From assembly GCA_951406725.2 (NCBI GenBank), contig OX597821.1, positions 107,136,001 through 107,200,000 on the forward strand: a DNA stretch of 64,000 nucleotides, in the 5' to 3' direction. The notes below the pieces were generated by a model, which was given only the letters and a program-made list of their open reading frames with translations, ran no database searches and was not told the DNA's origin. Shown here one piece after another: positions 1-11,978 of the stretch. Position numbers and translations under genes: made by a program. The stretch is from Octopus vulgaris. Taxonomy: Eukaryota. Numbering within the stretch: the first letter of the stretch is position 1; every line of letters begins with the position of its first letter.

Positions 1-201
1 AGAAGTGATTTTATATAAGCTGCATATATATATATATATATATAAATATATTCGGTTAAGTAATTGAGATTCAAGTGAATTCTAAAGAATTCACATGAAT
101 ATGGTCCTTAACTAGGATGCACCGGAAATCTATATGGTGTTAACCATACGACAAGTGGGGTGATTACAAATAGGAAAAAAGCAACAAGAATGGATTAAAA
201 T

Positions 202-287
202 CTCGGTACGATCGTTTCGTACGAGGACATCTTTAATAAGCTACAAAAAATGCAGTGAATACAGATGGCTCGTACTCGTCAGCCGAA
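202..287 (-). ncRNA. Mirror copy of the hammerhead ribozyme motif on the minus strand
   Basis: Reverse complement of 405-490 in the other palindrome arm. CTGACGA, GAAA and GTA are intact, and stem II reads GTACGAG/CTCGTAC. Confidence 0.75.
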
Positions 288-404
288 AAAACATCAGAGA
301 ATTCCCAAACATCAAAAGGGGTAGATACAAAAGAGGTTGTAAGTTAATCTTACAACCTCTTTTGTATCTACCCCTTTTGATGTTTGGGAATTCTCTGATG
401 TTTT

Positions 405-490
405 TTCGGCTGACGAGTACGGGCCATCTGTATTCACTGCATTTTTGTAGCTTATTAAAGATGTCCTCGTACGAAACGATCGTACCGAGA
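405..490 (+). ncRNA. Type I hammerhead ribozyme motif with long loop II
   Basis: ttcgg-CTGACGA(410-416)-GTACGGG...CTCGTAC-GAAA(473-476)-CGATCG-TA-ccgag. Stems I and II pair, stem III is palindromic and the cleavage triplet is GUA. Confidence 0.75.
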
Positions 491-509
491 TTTTAATCCA
501 TTCTTGTTG

Positions 510-553
<44 letters not shown>

Positions 554-1199
554 TTAATATTTATTCATCTTATCCCCATTCGTACTAAGCATTAACCGAA
601 CAAGTACTAAGTTATCATTAGTAATCTGCTTAACAGCCCCACCCAAAAGGTACAGAAGCAAAATTGTATGATTATAACCTTATTCGACCATTCTTTTTTC
701 TTCTATAGGCTCTTCTTTTTCCTATTTATTCTTTACTCTGAAGATGACCCAAGAAAGAAACCAAAACTTCTAGGAAATGCGAAAACATCAGTGGAGCATT
801 ATTAATTATGAAATGACGTCTTCAAATATTTCTGTTGTTGAGATCACTCATCATTTCTTCGATAAGCGTGAACTTGTGTGGCATCCCTAACGCCTTTCAC
901 AAAGAACTGATACAAAGTCAAAGAGAGAGAAAGTGTGCATGAATGATGGAATGAGAACAAAATTAGATGTTGGTAGAAATAATAGACCCAGTGGTAATGA
1001 TGGAAGATTTTCCTCCATTTTTTTACCTTTATCTCACCTTCACGTTTGGGAATCGAAAGATGCAGGATGGATATCGGAATATATCACATAAATTTAAAAC
1101 ACCGAGGAAATTTGGATAATATATTCGACATCTTTTGTGATGTAATATGTAAAATAGAATTGAAGAAAAAGTACGATTATATATTATTATATAACTTAC

Positions 1200-2138
1200 C
1201 GATTTATTTAAACGGACTCCAATCTGCATCGTTGTGATCAGAAGAATCACGTTCAAAGAAGCCACAAACATAATGGAAACGTAATAAGTGAGTATAATTT
1301 TGTATGAATGATTTATAATTATATACGTAGCAACACAGCATCCAGTAATACTAATGAGTACGATAAGTCCCGAACACAATTGAAATGATTCATTTACTAA
1401 ATTCAGTGATTTACTCAGAGTATCATGTGAGTTACATATTTCTGGAATCTCTTTATATTTCTTAAAGAAATACGAAGTATTTGAATGCTTTTCTTTTACG
1501 TATCTCTCAGCCTCGCTCGCTACTTTATTAAACTCATACTGCAGTGCAGTTCCAATTGCCATATTGATATACCAATCATAGAATATGCACGTAAATAATA
1601 TACATTCAAATAAAGTGCAAATTAATGAAATAGTAAATTCAAGAGCTTCAATGCTGCTTAAATATTTTGTTGAGTAATTCCAAATAAAGTTCATGATAAC
1701 GATATTCATCAGAGCGAGTAAAATTGGTGGCAGCAATACAACTATAGAAATTGATATAAAAGAAAATATTATGTTATTGTTATAGAATTTTTCATCGTCT
1801 TTTTCAATTTTAAGTTCGGTAAATGCTTCGAGTATTTCTTTGTCTTTAGATTTTCGGAAGAATTTGATCAGACAGTAGAGTGAAGGCAAACACTTAAAAA
1901 ATAGTGTATAAATAAATACAAATCTTTCATGAGATTTATGAAACAATTCTATTATAGTATACATAGATATAATGAGGTTTGTAATCAGAAATACAGGTTA
2001 CAGAATGTAAAAGGCAGAGATACAGATATTTTTACATTTGAGAGATTTCAGTGATATGTTCATAAGTGATACCTTAGAAATATTAATTTTTCCATAAAAT
2101 TGTAATATTTTGTAGAATCGTGTTTCTTTTAGTTCCAT
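1200..2138 (-). pseudogene. Grl/7TMIC-like TM1-6 exon, copy A (chimeric beta/alpha), with nonsense codon Y47*
   Basis: ATG at 2138 (MELKETRFY), 313 codons to the donor TCG|GTAAGT (exon ends at 1200). In-frame TAA at 1998-2000 where paralogs have TAT. Otherwise open. Confidence 0.8.
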
Positions 2139-2692
2139 ACTTTTTGTAATAAAATATTTCTCGCAACTTTCTTATAGAGAGTTAAACACGTTGACATAAA
2201 AAACAGGGGCCTTGTTTTTGTTTAAGATCTCTATATTAAGGTGAGATTGTTGCAAAGCTCTGTGTGTTGCGAAAGAACTGGAAATAAGGATATCGGATAA
2301 AGCTGTTATATAATGTCTCCCGCTTTGTTTGTATGTAAGAATTGTTTCAAATCTGTTGCTATGGATTTAAAATACACGTCAATTTGAATATTACACGATA
2401 AGCTTCTTAAGATATTAATCTGAAATGATTTATATTCATTCAACACTTTTTAAAGCTTATAGGAAAATGAATTCCGACAATCTATTATGAATTTATGTGT
2501 GATATTACTCTGATGTTAATTTGACTTTCGCAAGTATATTAATTACAATATCGATATTTTATTCTTCTCCATTAGTTTGTAATGTATAAAGTGTTTGATC
2601 CAAATTCATGTGCACTAACTAGTTCTATTATCTGCGACGTATAAGACGATTAGTCTTTTATAAAAGATTTCTCTCACATGAGATGCCACTTA

Positions 2693-2723
<31 letters not shown>

Positions 2724-2732
2724 ATATATATA

Positions 2733-2868
2733 TTAAAAAACTGCCATTTTAAAGATGTTTAATCACATGACCGGTTTCACTTTTTTGGAAAAAGATTGTC
2801 AAAATTAAAATGTAAAGCTTTGTAAAAGCTTTGTTGTGTTAAGTACTGGTTGTCACAAAATAAAACGA
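2733..2868 (-). mobile_element. Old Penelope-like pLTR remnant with a degenerate hammerhead, repeated upstream of alpha/beta copies
   Basis: Minus strand reads TTGACAA...aaaagt-GAAA-CCGG-TC, bounded by (TA)n on both sides. Paralogs near 14537, 24901, 32544, 45419, 51064 and 54459. Confidence 0.45.
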
Positions 2869-3419
2869 TATATATATATATATACATTCTTTGATAAAAT
2901 TAGAAAAAAATATTAAAAACAGTTTACAAGAAAATATCTTCAGAAAATATTAAAAAGTTCATTAAAGATATTAGAGAAACTGAAGTACAGCTGCAATAGT
3001 GTCGTGGGTCGCAGATTGAGGGAGCACTGTTGAGGGTATCATAACCGACTGATCTCCTTGTATTATATTTTTGCATAATCCAGGAACATTTCCGAACACA
3101 CCTTTATATATATGCACATGGGTGTGTGTGTGTGCATTTACTATTCTATTTATGAATGTGTATGAGTACAGTATCGTCCGTATTATCCGTAATTATCCAT
3201 TTGATCAACATCATTAATCCATTCCCTTAGGTGAAAATATATCAGTGGATGAATCACAGATGTAGTTTGATCCCTGTTTACTAAGATGAAGACTAATGAA
3301 GCTATGTGGATATTTCCGTGTGTACTTGGATTGGAGAAGTACTTGATCTTTACTTATATATATATATACACACACGTATATATATATACACACACACACA
3401 CACACAGACACACACACAC

Positions 3420-3450
<31 letters not shown>

Positions 3451-3799
3451 TGTATGTATATACGATCGAATGTCCCCCGTCCTATAGACGGGCATCCGTT
3501 GTCAAACATTTATACAAAAGTTTCTCAAAACAACTTGTCCGAACGTTTCATAGAGAAACACTGATTTAACCTCAATTTGAGACACCTGCAAAAGAAGAAA
3601 TAAAGATAGACTTATTTTTCTATTCCCCAAAACAGATTTTATTCACGAATATATGCAAATGAAAAATTTAAAGTACCAGTAATGGTAAGGTTGTTGACTG
3701 GGAGAACACAAACAAGCTTTAAACAGTAAGCTTGGCAGGAAAGAAACGTGCCTTTAAGCAGTACAAAAACAACTAAAGAAAAGCAGGACAAAAACGGCT

Positions 3800-3960
3800 T
3801 TATCGATCGCATTCTCACCTAGAGTCGATTTTTGTAATTTTTTCAAGACTTATATACGCCCTGATACCGTCAGTATCTACATATCACATTTGAGCGCAAT
3901 TAGATAGGAGGATGCATGAGATCCGAGAAGACACACAGCCAGACAGGCAGAACGATATAT
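3800..3960 (-). mobile_element. Possible non-autonomous Helitron-type 5' region
   Basis: Minus strand (TA)n-cgttctgcctgtctggctgtgtgtcttctcggatc...attgcgctcaaatgtgatatg resembles the 5' ends of invertebrate non-autonomous Helitrons. It recurs in most repeat units. Confidence 0.3.
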
Positions 3961-3991
3961 ATATACATATATATATATATACATATATAGA

Positions 3992-4056
<65 letters not shown>

Positions 4057-4442
4057 CGTATAAGTCAAGGGCTAAAGAAGAGTATTCCAAAGCCAATATA
4101 CTGATTTTCCACATATAATTCACTTGCTACAGAAAAATTGAACTGAAGTCGGGCAAACTAACCGTTAGAATATTTAAATTTCGTTATCTCTATATTGAAT
4201 CAATTTCGGAATTAATCTCATAAAGGATTTATTCTTCATCGGTAGAGCTTACGAGAGAATATAAGTAAGATACTTACATGCACCTATAGAAAAAGCCGAA
4301 GCAAAGAACATAAGTACATTTAAGTACCTCAGTTATATCTAAAAATTAAAATTCATTGGTCGGCCTCAGAACAACGTTCGCCGCTACAGATTGTAATGGT
4401 TACCAGTCCCTATAGCAAGCAGTAATAAGTCTACTAGTAATA

Positions 4443-5927
4443 CTCCAGGTCCAGTGTATTTATTAGGTATCGCATTTAGTTTTGCATGCTGATAGTATAA
4501 AGCTTGAAACTTTTCAGCATTGAACTGCATGCTATTCTTTCAAGCCCATTTTTATATTTTGTCCAGCTCACATTGCAGGTGCTTAGTGTCTTCAGGGTTC
4601 TGTATTGCCTGTGAAACTTTTGTATCATCTGCATAACTTGTGATCGTGTCTCTCTGCGTGGCTGAGGGCATGTCTGAGAGGGCCATTATGAACAGTAGTG
4701 GTCCGAGAACAGTGCCTTGCGGAACACCGCTCACTATTTGCGCGTTAATGGAAGTGGCCCCATTGGCTACTACCACCTGACTTCTATCCTTCAGAAAGTC
4801 ATGAAGCCATTCTCCCAATTTTCCGACTATGCCAAAATCACGCGGTTTGTGACATATCATTCCATGATCGACTTTATCAAAGGCCTTTGCAAAGTAGAGA
4901 TATATCACTTCCACATTTGAGGGGTTGAGCAGTCGTTTCAGCACCCAGTCATAGTGTTGTAGGAGCTGAGTTAAGCAGTTTCTTTCTGGTCGAAAACTAT
5001 GTTGGGTGTCAGGCAGCAAGTCATTTTCTTCAAGGAAGGTGATTAGTTTCCTTCTGACTATTCGTTCCATAACCTTGCTGATGTGTGAGGTCAGAGAGAT
5101 AGGTCTGTAGTTCTTGGCCTCCGCTCTGCTACCTCCTTTATGAATAGGGCATATTTTACCTTCCTTCATTTTTCTTGGAAGTTCGCCAGTTGCAAGGAAG
5201 CTCTGAAAGAGGAACTGCAGTCGTCTTGCTAGGAATCTATTACAAATTTTAGAAGGATTGCTGGGAATCCGTCGGGGCCAGTAGCTGAGTTTGTTTTCAT
5301 TTCATCAATAGCCTTTATTACATCATCTTCCTTTATATTGATGTAATCAATCATCGCTGCCTCTGATTTTATATCTGCAGTGGTAAAGAAGTCAGTTGGA
5401 TTGCTGACTTGAAAATGCAGTAAGGGTGGAGTGAAAATAATCTTGAATTGCTCATTTAGTATTTCAATTATCTGCATTGGATTTCCTGTGAGTGTGCCAT
5501 CCGTTTCAAGGAGTGGCCCTATCTTACAGTGCATCGTAGATATTTATTTGGCATACATGTAGAAAGCTCTGGGGTTAGATTTTATTTTGTCTATAGCCCA
5601 TGCTTCTTTGTCTGCTCCTTCTTTTTCATGGGAGAGTTTCATACATTTTTCAATTTCCAACAGTTTTATTTTCAGGCGGGACTTTTCACTGCTTTCAATT
5701 TGTTTGTTTAGGCGATTTGAAACTTTTCTACGCCGTCTCATTAGAATTCTCTTCTCTCTGGGGATTTTGCTCTTGTGTCCATGGCCTTTCTCTCTTGGAC
5801 ACATTTGTAGCATATGGCTTGCATTACAGACATTCAGGCCAGATTTGTTTGAGGATCTCTTTCTCAATTTGGTTCCAGTTTGCCTTATGGAAGTTCAAGC
5901 TGGAAGGATTCTGAGAGTTTCTTGTAC
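4443..5927 (-). mobile_element. CR1-group LINE ORF2 fragment (reverse transcriptase), frameshifted
   Basis: [36 protein letters not shown] and YADDTK in ORF 4552-5169. ORFs 5229-5534 and 5544-5867 are upstream parts of the same ORF2. Confidence 0.9.
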
Positions 5928-5992
<65 letters not shown>

Positions 5993-6022
5993 TATAGATA
6001 TTTTATATATATATACACACAC

Positions 6023-6060
<38 letters not shown>

Positions 6061-6529
6061 TATGTTTATTTTATGTGTCTGAGTGTTTGTGTGCGTATAC
6101 ACGTGTTTGTATTCTATATGCGGTGGGGGGGGGGGCTAAAAATATCCTCGTTTTAAGGGTATCACGAAAAGACTTGTTCGAGCCCCGAATTTTCGTATCC
6201 CTTTAATTGGCTTAGAGAGACTGAAGCTCCGATGCAACAGGTGCCTGAGTTGCAGCGTGATTGGGGCAAATTATGTGCGGGAAAATCATGACCGACTGAT
6301 CCTATTGTATTTTCTATCGTCGAAACCAGGAACATTTATATTTGATACAATCATATTTGTGTGAGTGTGTATGTGGGTGTGCGTGTGCGTATATGTATCA
6401 TCTTTATGTATGTATGTTTCTGTAAACAATTCTACACACGAACATTACACACAGATAAACACAGGCACACACTAACACGCATGTACACATAGTTATCTAT
6501 ATGTACATATGTATATGTTTATTATGTAA

Positions 6530-6604
<75 letters not shown>

Positions 6605-6635
6605 TGTGTGTGTATTCATATGTGTATATATATGC

Positions 6636-6679
<44 letters not shown>

Positions 6680-6719
6680 ATATATATGTGCGTATGTATG
6701 TATATAACAATAATAATAA

Positions 6720-7379
6720 CGATACGATGGAAACAGGCCCAACTTATGGGTTTTAAGAACCCTGTAATCTTGGCTTCCAAACTTAGTACGAATGGTGTCT
6801 CGATAAAAAAACCGGTTGGTGGCTAACATTGAAATACAAAAACTCAATGTTGGGGAAATGTGTCTAAAGAAATGTATCAAATAATGATGATAATAAGATT
6901 TTAACAAATTGTAACGCCTTTCGCTAAAATGTGCAATGTGCTTGCGCAGTGTACGTCCATTCGTCATGCAGAAATTGCCTCTACACAAAACCAGACAATG
7001 AGAAGAATCAGGAAAGAAATATGTAGCTGAAAAGTATGGATAACAACTTCGGGAACATCGCAGGTAACAAGCACGCAATGCATGCAAGACTCCAGGAGGT
7101 TCAACAAAACCTCTTTTAAAGAGATTCAATGGCACGCGTTTCAACAAAATTACATGACTTTAATATCGGAGACTGTATCATTGCGATGTTAACAGTATCG
7201 GTCGTATCGTCCGTGATCATCTGGTTGTTCAACATCATTAATCAAATTCATCGGATGATACAGCATCAGTGGATGAATTGCAGCGTGATGTTTATGCATT
7301 TTACCCAAGTCGAAGTCCAATGTAGCTGCATAGATATTTCCATGTGTACTTGGAATGGCGAAGTGCATAATATCTAGCT
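6720..7379 (+). mobile_element. Unclassified ~650 bp repeat ending in a Helitron-like 3' terminus (hairpin + CTAG)
   Basis: Clearest at the paralog 19062-19095: TGTACTT-N9-AAGTACA-taatat-CTAG-T. Also near 29125, 39537 and 62341. No Rep or helicase motif recognised. Confidence 0.35.
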
Positions 7380-7638
7380 TTGTGTTTTATATATGTATAC
7401 ATATATATGTACATATAACGGGAGCTTTACGAAAATAAACAAAAGACGAAGGCAGGTGGAGTACAAATAAACAATTATATTAGTATAGCGCTCAAGAATA
7501 GAAATATACACAGAAAGATACACAGAAAAGAAACACGAGAGAAACAAGGAGAGAAAATAAAATGCATGTAGAAGCTAACGATTCAACAGGGCGTTCTATA
7601 TACATATATATATATATATACATACATACATACATATG

Positions 7639-7700
<62 letters not shown>

Positions 7701-7705
7701 CATAC

Positions 7706-7750
<45 letters not shown>

Positions 7751-7852
7751 GGAGTAAACACATAAATGTGAAACAAGGTGGAAAAAAGTGTACTCAAATA
7801 CCAGTGGTAGAGTAATATGCTTTATTTTAAGCAGCAGAAAATTCAACAAAAT

Positions 7853-7890
7853 CTGTTACTCTGAGTTTCTCGTTGCCGTTCATCAGACAG
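7853..7890 (-). ncRNA. Minimal hammerhead ribozyme motif in the Penelope 3' pLTR
   Basis: Minus strand: ctgt-CTGATGA-acggcaacga-GAAA-CTCAGAG-TA-acag. Stem II is weak. Confidence 0.65.
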
Positions 7891-8920
7891 TTTTTGCTAG
7901 AATGGAACATATATATTAATTCAATCTATACTCTTACAAACGCTACACCTTTAAAAAGAAATGGACTTGTTTGATTGGCCCTTTAGAAAAAACGGTCAAT
8001 CTTCGAGCGATAAACAAAAAGGTCAAAAATATATGTATATATATATAAAAACTTATAAAAATTATAAAATCCGAGGAAAATACCGAGGAAAAAACCTGTT
8101 GCCGTTAATGAAGACAGTACAAATTAATGCATAGAATTTAAACCTGTTATAAATACTGCAATACATATTTATATTAAAATCCACATATATATATCAACAT
8201 ACACAAAAGGATGCGCGTAAACGCCATACATACACATACAGACGTATGAATATGAATCTAAATTATACACATAAAAGCATGTGTACATATATTCACGCAA
8301 ACCGTCTCGCACGCAAGCTAAAATTCATCTATGTAGCAATTCTCATATACTGAGCAAGGAGGGGGAACGAAAGAAAGGGAAAGAGAGAAAAAGGAACGGA
8401 GGAGGGGTGGGAAAAAAAAAAAAAAAAAAAAAAAATTGTAGCGATGTTATTTGGCATCTATAGAGGCCTGTATACATACACAAGTTTGAATTGATACATA
8501 TACATACCGTCGTGTATATGTGTGCTTAAGCACAAGCATACTTTCACTCACACACACATATACGCATGCTTACAAATACATATGCTTTGCTATACACAAA
8601 CTTATATAAACATTCTAAATTTGACAACATTGCTTTTTCTTATATAAAAAAACATTGCTTTTAAAAAAAAATGGGTGCATTAATAAAAATATATACGAAA
8701 GACCTATAAAATAAAATATAACATCCTATTTTGGGTCATTTATAAATAATCAAGGTAATATAAATAATCAAGGTAATCTTATGCAATACAATAACATGAA
8801 AACAAAGTTTGTAGGTTTTTCCTAATATATATGTAGAAACAATAAGACTTTGCTATAGGTCCGTTGTAGCTCTCAAGAGTCAAAATCAAAATCAAAAAAT
8901 CAAAATACAAAATATATACT

Positions 8921-9937
8921 CTATCCATATGGTATATTTATATTCGACATTTTAAATTTAGCCTTGTGCCTACATAAGTTCATTAATTCACTTCTTTGAT
9001 TCAAAGAATTATTGTCTTTGAATAATATATGCATTTTTTCTAATAAGCAAAGCCTGCACTTGAAATTATATTTGTAAGCTCCATGCCTGTATGGTGCCGC
9101 CCTGTCCAGAATGCTCCATGTCACGTTGAAAGGTGGGGCTTCCTTTTCTTTTAGTTCCCAGACATATTTTGCCAGGCTGGTTTTCTTTCTATTCTCTGGG
9201 TATTTAAAAGAATTCTTATGAGAATAAAATCTTGTTTTAAATGAATTTTCTGAAGCCCCTGTGTATGTCTTGTATTCCGATGAGCCTTCCACTTGCACCT
9301 TGGCTCTATAAACTACTCCTTTCACTAGACATTTCCCTTCTAACGGACAGGAGCTTTCGTTTTTGAAATTACATTTCTTAATGGGCTCGGCACCATGTCT
9401 AATCTCAATTAGCTTCCTATTATGTTGGCTAATGTAAGAGGCGAAATTTCTGCAACAAGAATAGCTAACCTTCAGGGTTCTTCTATTAAATATTCTGTAG
9501 AATTTATGACCCTGCCTAAAATGCTTAGAGACTAATCTCAAAAATTCCTTACCTATATTAGTCTTTACGGCCAAATTGAAAGCCGGGTTGAACCACAAAA
9601 CTTTCCTAGTCCTAGTTCTTCGTGCAGCATTATTATTAGCATTAAGCTGGTTGAACTGGATCTTCTCCGAGAATCCACTATTCTTTAATGCGCTATCGTA
9701 ATAAGGTGCAGCATTATGGAATGCTGCCTCGTCCGAAGAAATTGAAGATATTCTTCTACCTACATTGCTGACTAAGTTGCTAAGGATAACTGGTGGATGG
9801 TTCGAATCTTTGCTAATATACGATAGCTTTTCATTGGGCTTACGGAAAGGTTTAAATCTATCCGATCTTACATTAAAATTTACGTCTAAAAAGTCTACAC
9901 TATTCAGGTTAGTATCTATCGTAATCCGTAAGCCCAT
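8921..9937 (-). CDS. Penelope-like RT C-terminus + GIY-YIG endonuclease (partial)
   Basis: VDFLDV, SNHPP, LWFNP, KVSYSC, CPLEGKC, GVVYRA...KTYTGAS...FKTRFYSH, CRLCLLEK, LNQRSELMNLCRH. Confidence 0.9.
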   Translation of the reverse strand: MGLRITIDTNLNSVDFLDVNFNVRSDRFKPFRKPNEKLSYISKDSNHPPVILSNLVSNVGRRISSISSDEAAFHNAAPYYDSALKNSGFSEKIQFNQLNANNNAARRTRTRKVLWFNPAFNLAVKTNIGKEFLRLVSKHFRQGHKFYRIFNRRTLKVSYSCCRNFASYISQHNRKLIEIRHGAEPIKKCNFKNESSCPLEGKCLVKGVVYRAKVQVEGSSEYKTYTGASENSFKTRFYSHKNSFKYPENRKKTSLAKYVWELKEKEAPPFNVTWSILDRAAPYRHGAYKYNFKCRLCLLEKMHILFKDNNSLNQRSELMNLCRHKAKFKMSNINIPYG

Positions 9938-9987
9938 CCTTTGAAAGAAAGCTATAAGGTCCTTCCTAAGTCTATCTGATTCTATCT

Positions 9988-10111
<124 letters not shown>

Positions 10112-10148
10112 TAGATAGATAGATGGATACTTAGATAGGCAGGTAGAT

Positions 10149-10358
10149 AGGCGGCGAGCTGGCAGGAACGTTAGAACGCCGGGCGAAATGCGTTACGTTG
10201 TGAGTTCAAATTCCGCCGAGGTCGACTTTGCTTTTCATCCTTTCGGGGTCGATTAATAAAGTACCATTTATGCACTGGGGTAAATGTAATAGACTTAATA
10301 CCTATGCCTGCCTTGTTTCCCCTTTCTGTGTTTAGCCCCTTGTGGGTAATAAAGAAAT
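10149..10358 (+). mobile_element. tRNA-derived SINE with a Meta-like central domain; paralogs at 20943-21172, 40168-40382 and 46862-47088
   Basis: ggcggcgagctggcag head, B-box-like gagttcaaattcc, central gtcgactttgcttttcatcctttcggggtcgat...agtacca, tail aataaagaaata. Sits in (GATA)n. Confidence 0.7.
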
Positions 10359-10986
10359 AGATATAGATATAGATAGATGGATATATATATATATATAGAT
10401 ACAGATATACATGTACATGTATGTATGTATATATATATATAACGGGAAGCTTTATGAAAATAGACAAAAGACGAAGGCAGGTGGAAAACAAACAAACAAT
10501 TGTATTAGTATGGCGCTCAGGAAATATAAATAAAACAAGTCATATATGTGTGTGTGTGTGTGTGTGTTTGTGTGTGTGTGTGCGCGTGTGTGTTTGTGTA
10601 TATCATTCCTGTTCTCACTCGTACCAAGGATTAACCTACCATATACTATTTTAAACTTTGTCATTTACTTAGTGTACCAAAGAGATACACAAGCAAAATA
10701 TTACACTTTTAACCATATTCAACGTTTCCTTATTCTTCTCTAGGCTCTTCCTTTTTATTTTTTCCTCCATCTGTTGAGGCTCCATGTTTCATATAGATAT
10801 CTTTAGCATCACAACGGCAATAGAAATAGAATTAGACACAGCTCTTAGATGGGATGCAGTCTATTTGTATTGACTTAAATAATAATAATTGATGTCATTC
10901 AATTGGCTTCCCTTAATATTTCTCCATTTCCTGTCATATATATAAATATAAATATAAATATATATATATATGTATGTATGTACTCT

Positions 10987-11314
10987 CTCTAAAGACTCCG
11001 CCGGTTACGACGACGAGGGTCCCAGCTGATACGATCAACGGAACAGCTTGCTCGTGAAATTAACGTGCAAATGGCTGAGCATTCCACAGACACGTGTGCC
11101 CTTAACGTAGTTCTCGGGGATAATCAGCGTGACACAGAGAGTGACAAGGCTGACCCTTTGAAATACAAGTACAACTCATTTTTGCCAGCTGAGTGGACTG
11201 GAGCAACGTGAAATAAAGTGTCTTGCTCAAGGACACAACGCGTCGCCGGGAATCGAACTCACAACCTTACGATCATGAGCCGAATGCCCTAACCACTAAG
11301 CCACGCGCCCTCAC
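10987..11314 (-). mobile_element. tRNA-derived CORE-type SINE with an 11-bp target-site duplication
   Basis: A box TGGCTTAGTGG, B box GTTCGATTCC and CORE-like gtgtccttgagcaagacacttt. TSD gtatgtactct at 10976-10986 and 11315-11325. Empty sites at paralogs ~21690, ~42445 and ~47705. Confidence 0.9.
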
Positions 11315-11325
11315 GTATGTACTCT

Positions 11326-11897
11326 AGAAATCTATCAGTAGTGCTCTGTAAGTACTGAACTACAATTTTCTGTATAAATTTTTCTACTGCTATGAAGCCC
11401 CGCCCAACATCATCTGTCCGCATTTACAGACGGTTGACGTCAGCGATCAGTTGTTGAGCTCCATACTGTTATTATTTTTGCTATAAATTTTATTACTATT
11501 TTTATAATTATCATCATCATTATTATTATTATTATTGTTGTTGTTGTTATTATTATTATTATCATCAGTATTATTATTATCATCAGTATTATTATTATTA
11601 TTATTATTGTTATTATTATTATTGTTATTATTATTATTATTGTTATCTTTTTTTTCCTCTTCTTTCAAATTTGCTTCTATTTCTTGCCGGGTGTCTTCAC
11701 AACTCCTAGAGCAAAGAAACTCATTGTATACATTGGTAGGCCATTAAACTAAACTCACTTGTTCGTTCATTTACATCCGGTTGACATCAGCGATCGGTTG
11801 TTGGGCTCCATACTGTTATTATTTTTGCAATAAATTTTGTTACTATTTTTATTATTATCATCATTATTATTATTATTATTATTGTTGTTATTTTTAA

Positions 11898-11978
<81 letters not shown>

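Larger units (their letters stand above)
175..516. repeat. Near-perfect ~340 bp palindrome, probably the inverted pLTR of a Penelope-like element inserted in (TA)n
   Basis: 175-343 is the reverse complement of 349-516 around a 'ttaat' spacer. The insert (~51-516) has (TA)n on both sides, and each arm carries a hammerhead motif. Confidence 0.8.
1942..7378. repeat. Segmental duplication, paralogous to ~13714-19094
   Basis: Collinear and highly similar by eye, including the same LINE fragment with the same breakpoints. Differences are mainly microsatellite lengths. Confidence 0.9.

Noticed and set aside
2769-2785. IRF/ISRE-like site AAAAGTGAAACC upstream of each receptor exon
   Set aside because: Better explained as the GAAA-CCGG-TC part of a degenerate Penelope hammerhead inside a (TA)n-bounded insert that was duplicated with the unit.
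3214-4123. Numerous [12 protein letters not shown], poly-N, poly-L and poly-I ORFs here and throughout the track
   Set aside because: They are translations of (TA)n, (CA)n, (CATA)n and (TAA)n microsatellites.
6497-7377. ORFs MLKRVPLNLF... and MARVSTKLH... as a second gene family
   Set aside because: Frames are broken differently in each paralog (18143-18864, 28759-29124, 38988-39528, 61975-62202) and contain no recognisable domain.
11240-11314. tRNA gene
   Set aside because: The A and B boxes belong to a SINE head that continues into a CORE-like domain and is bounded by a TSD.
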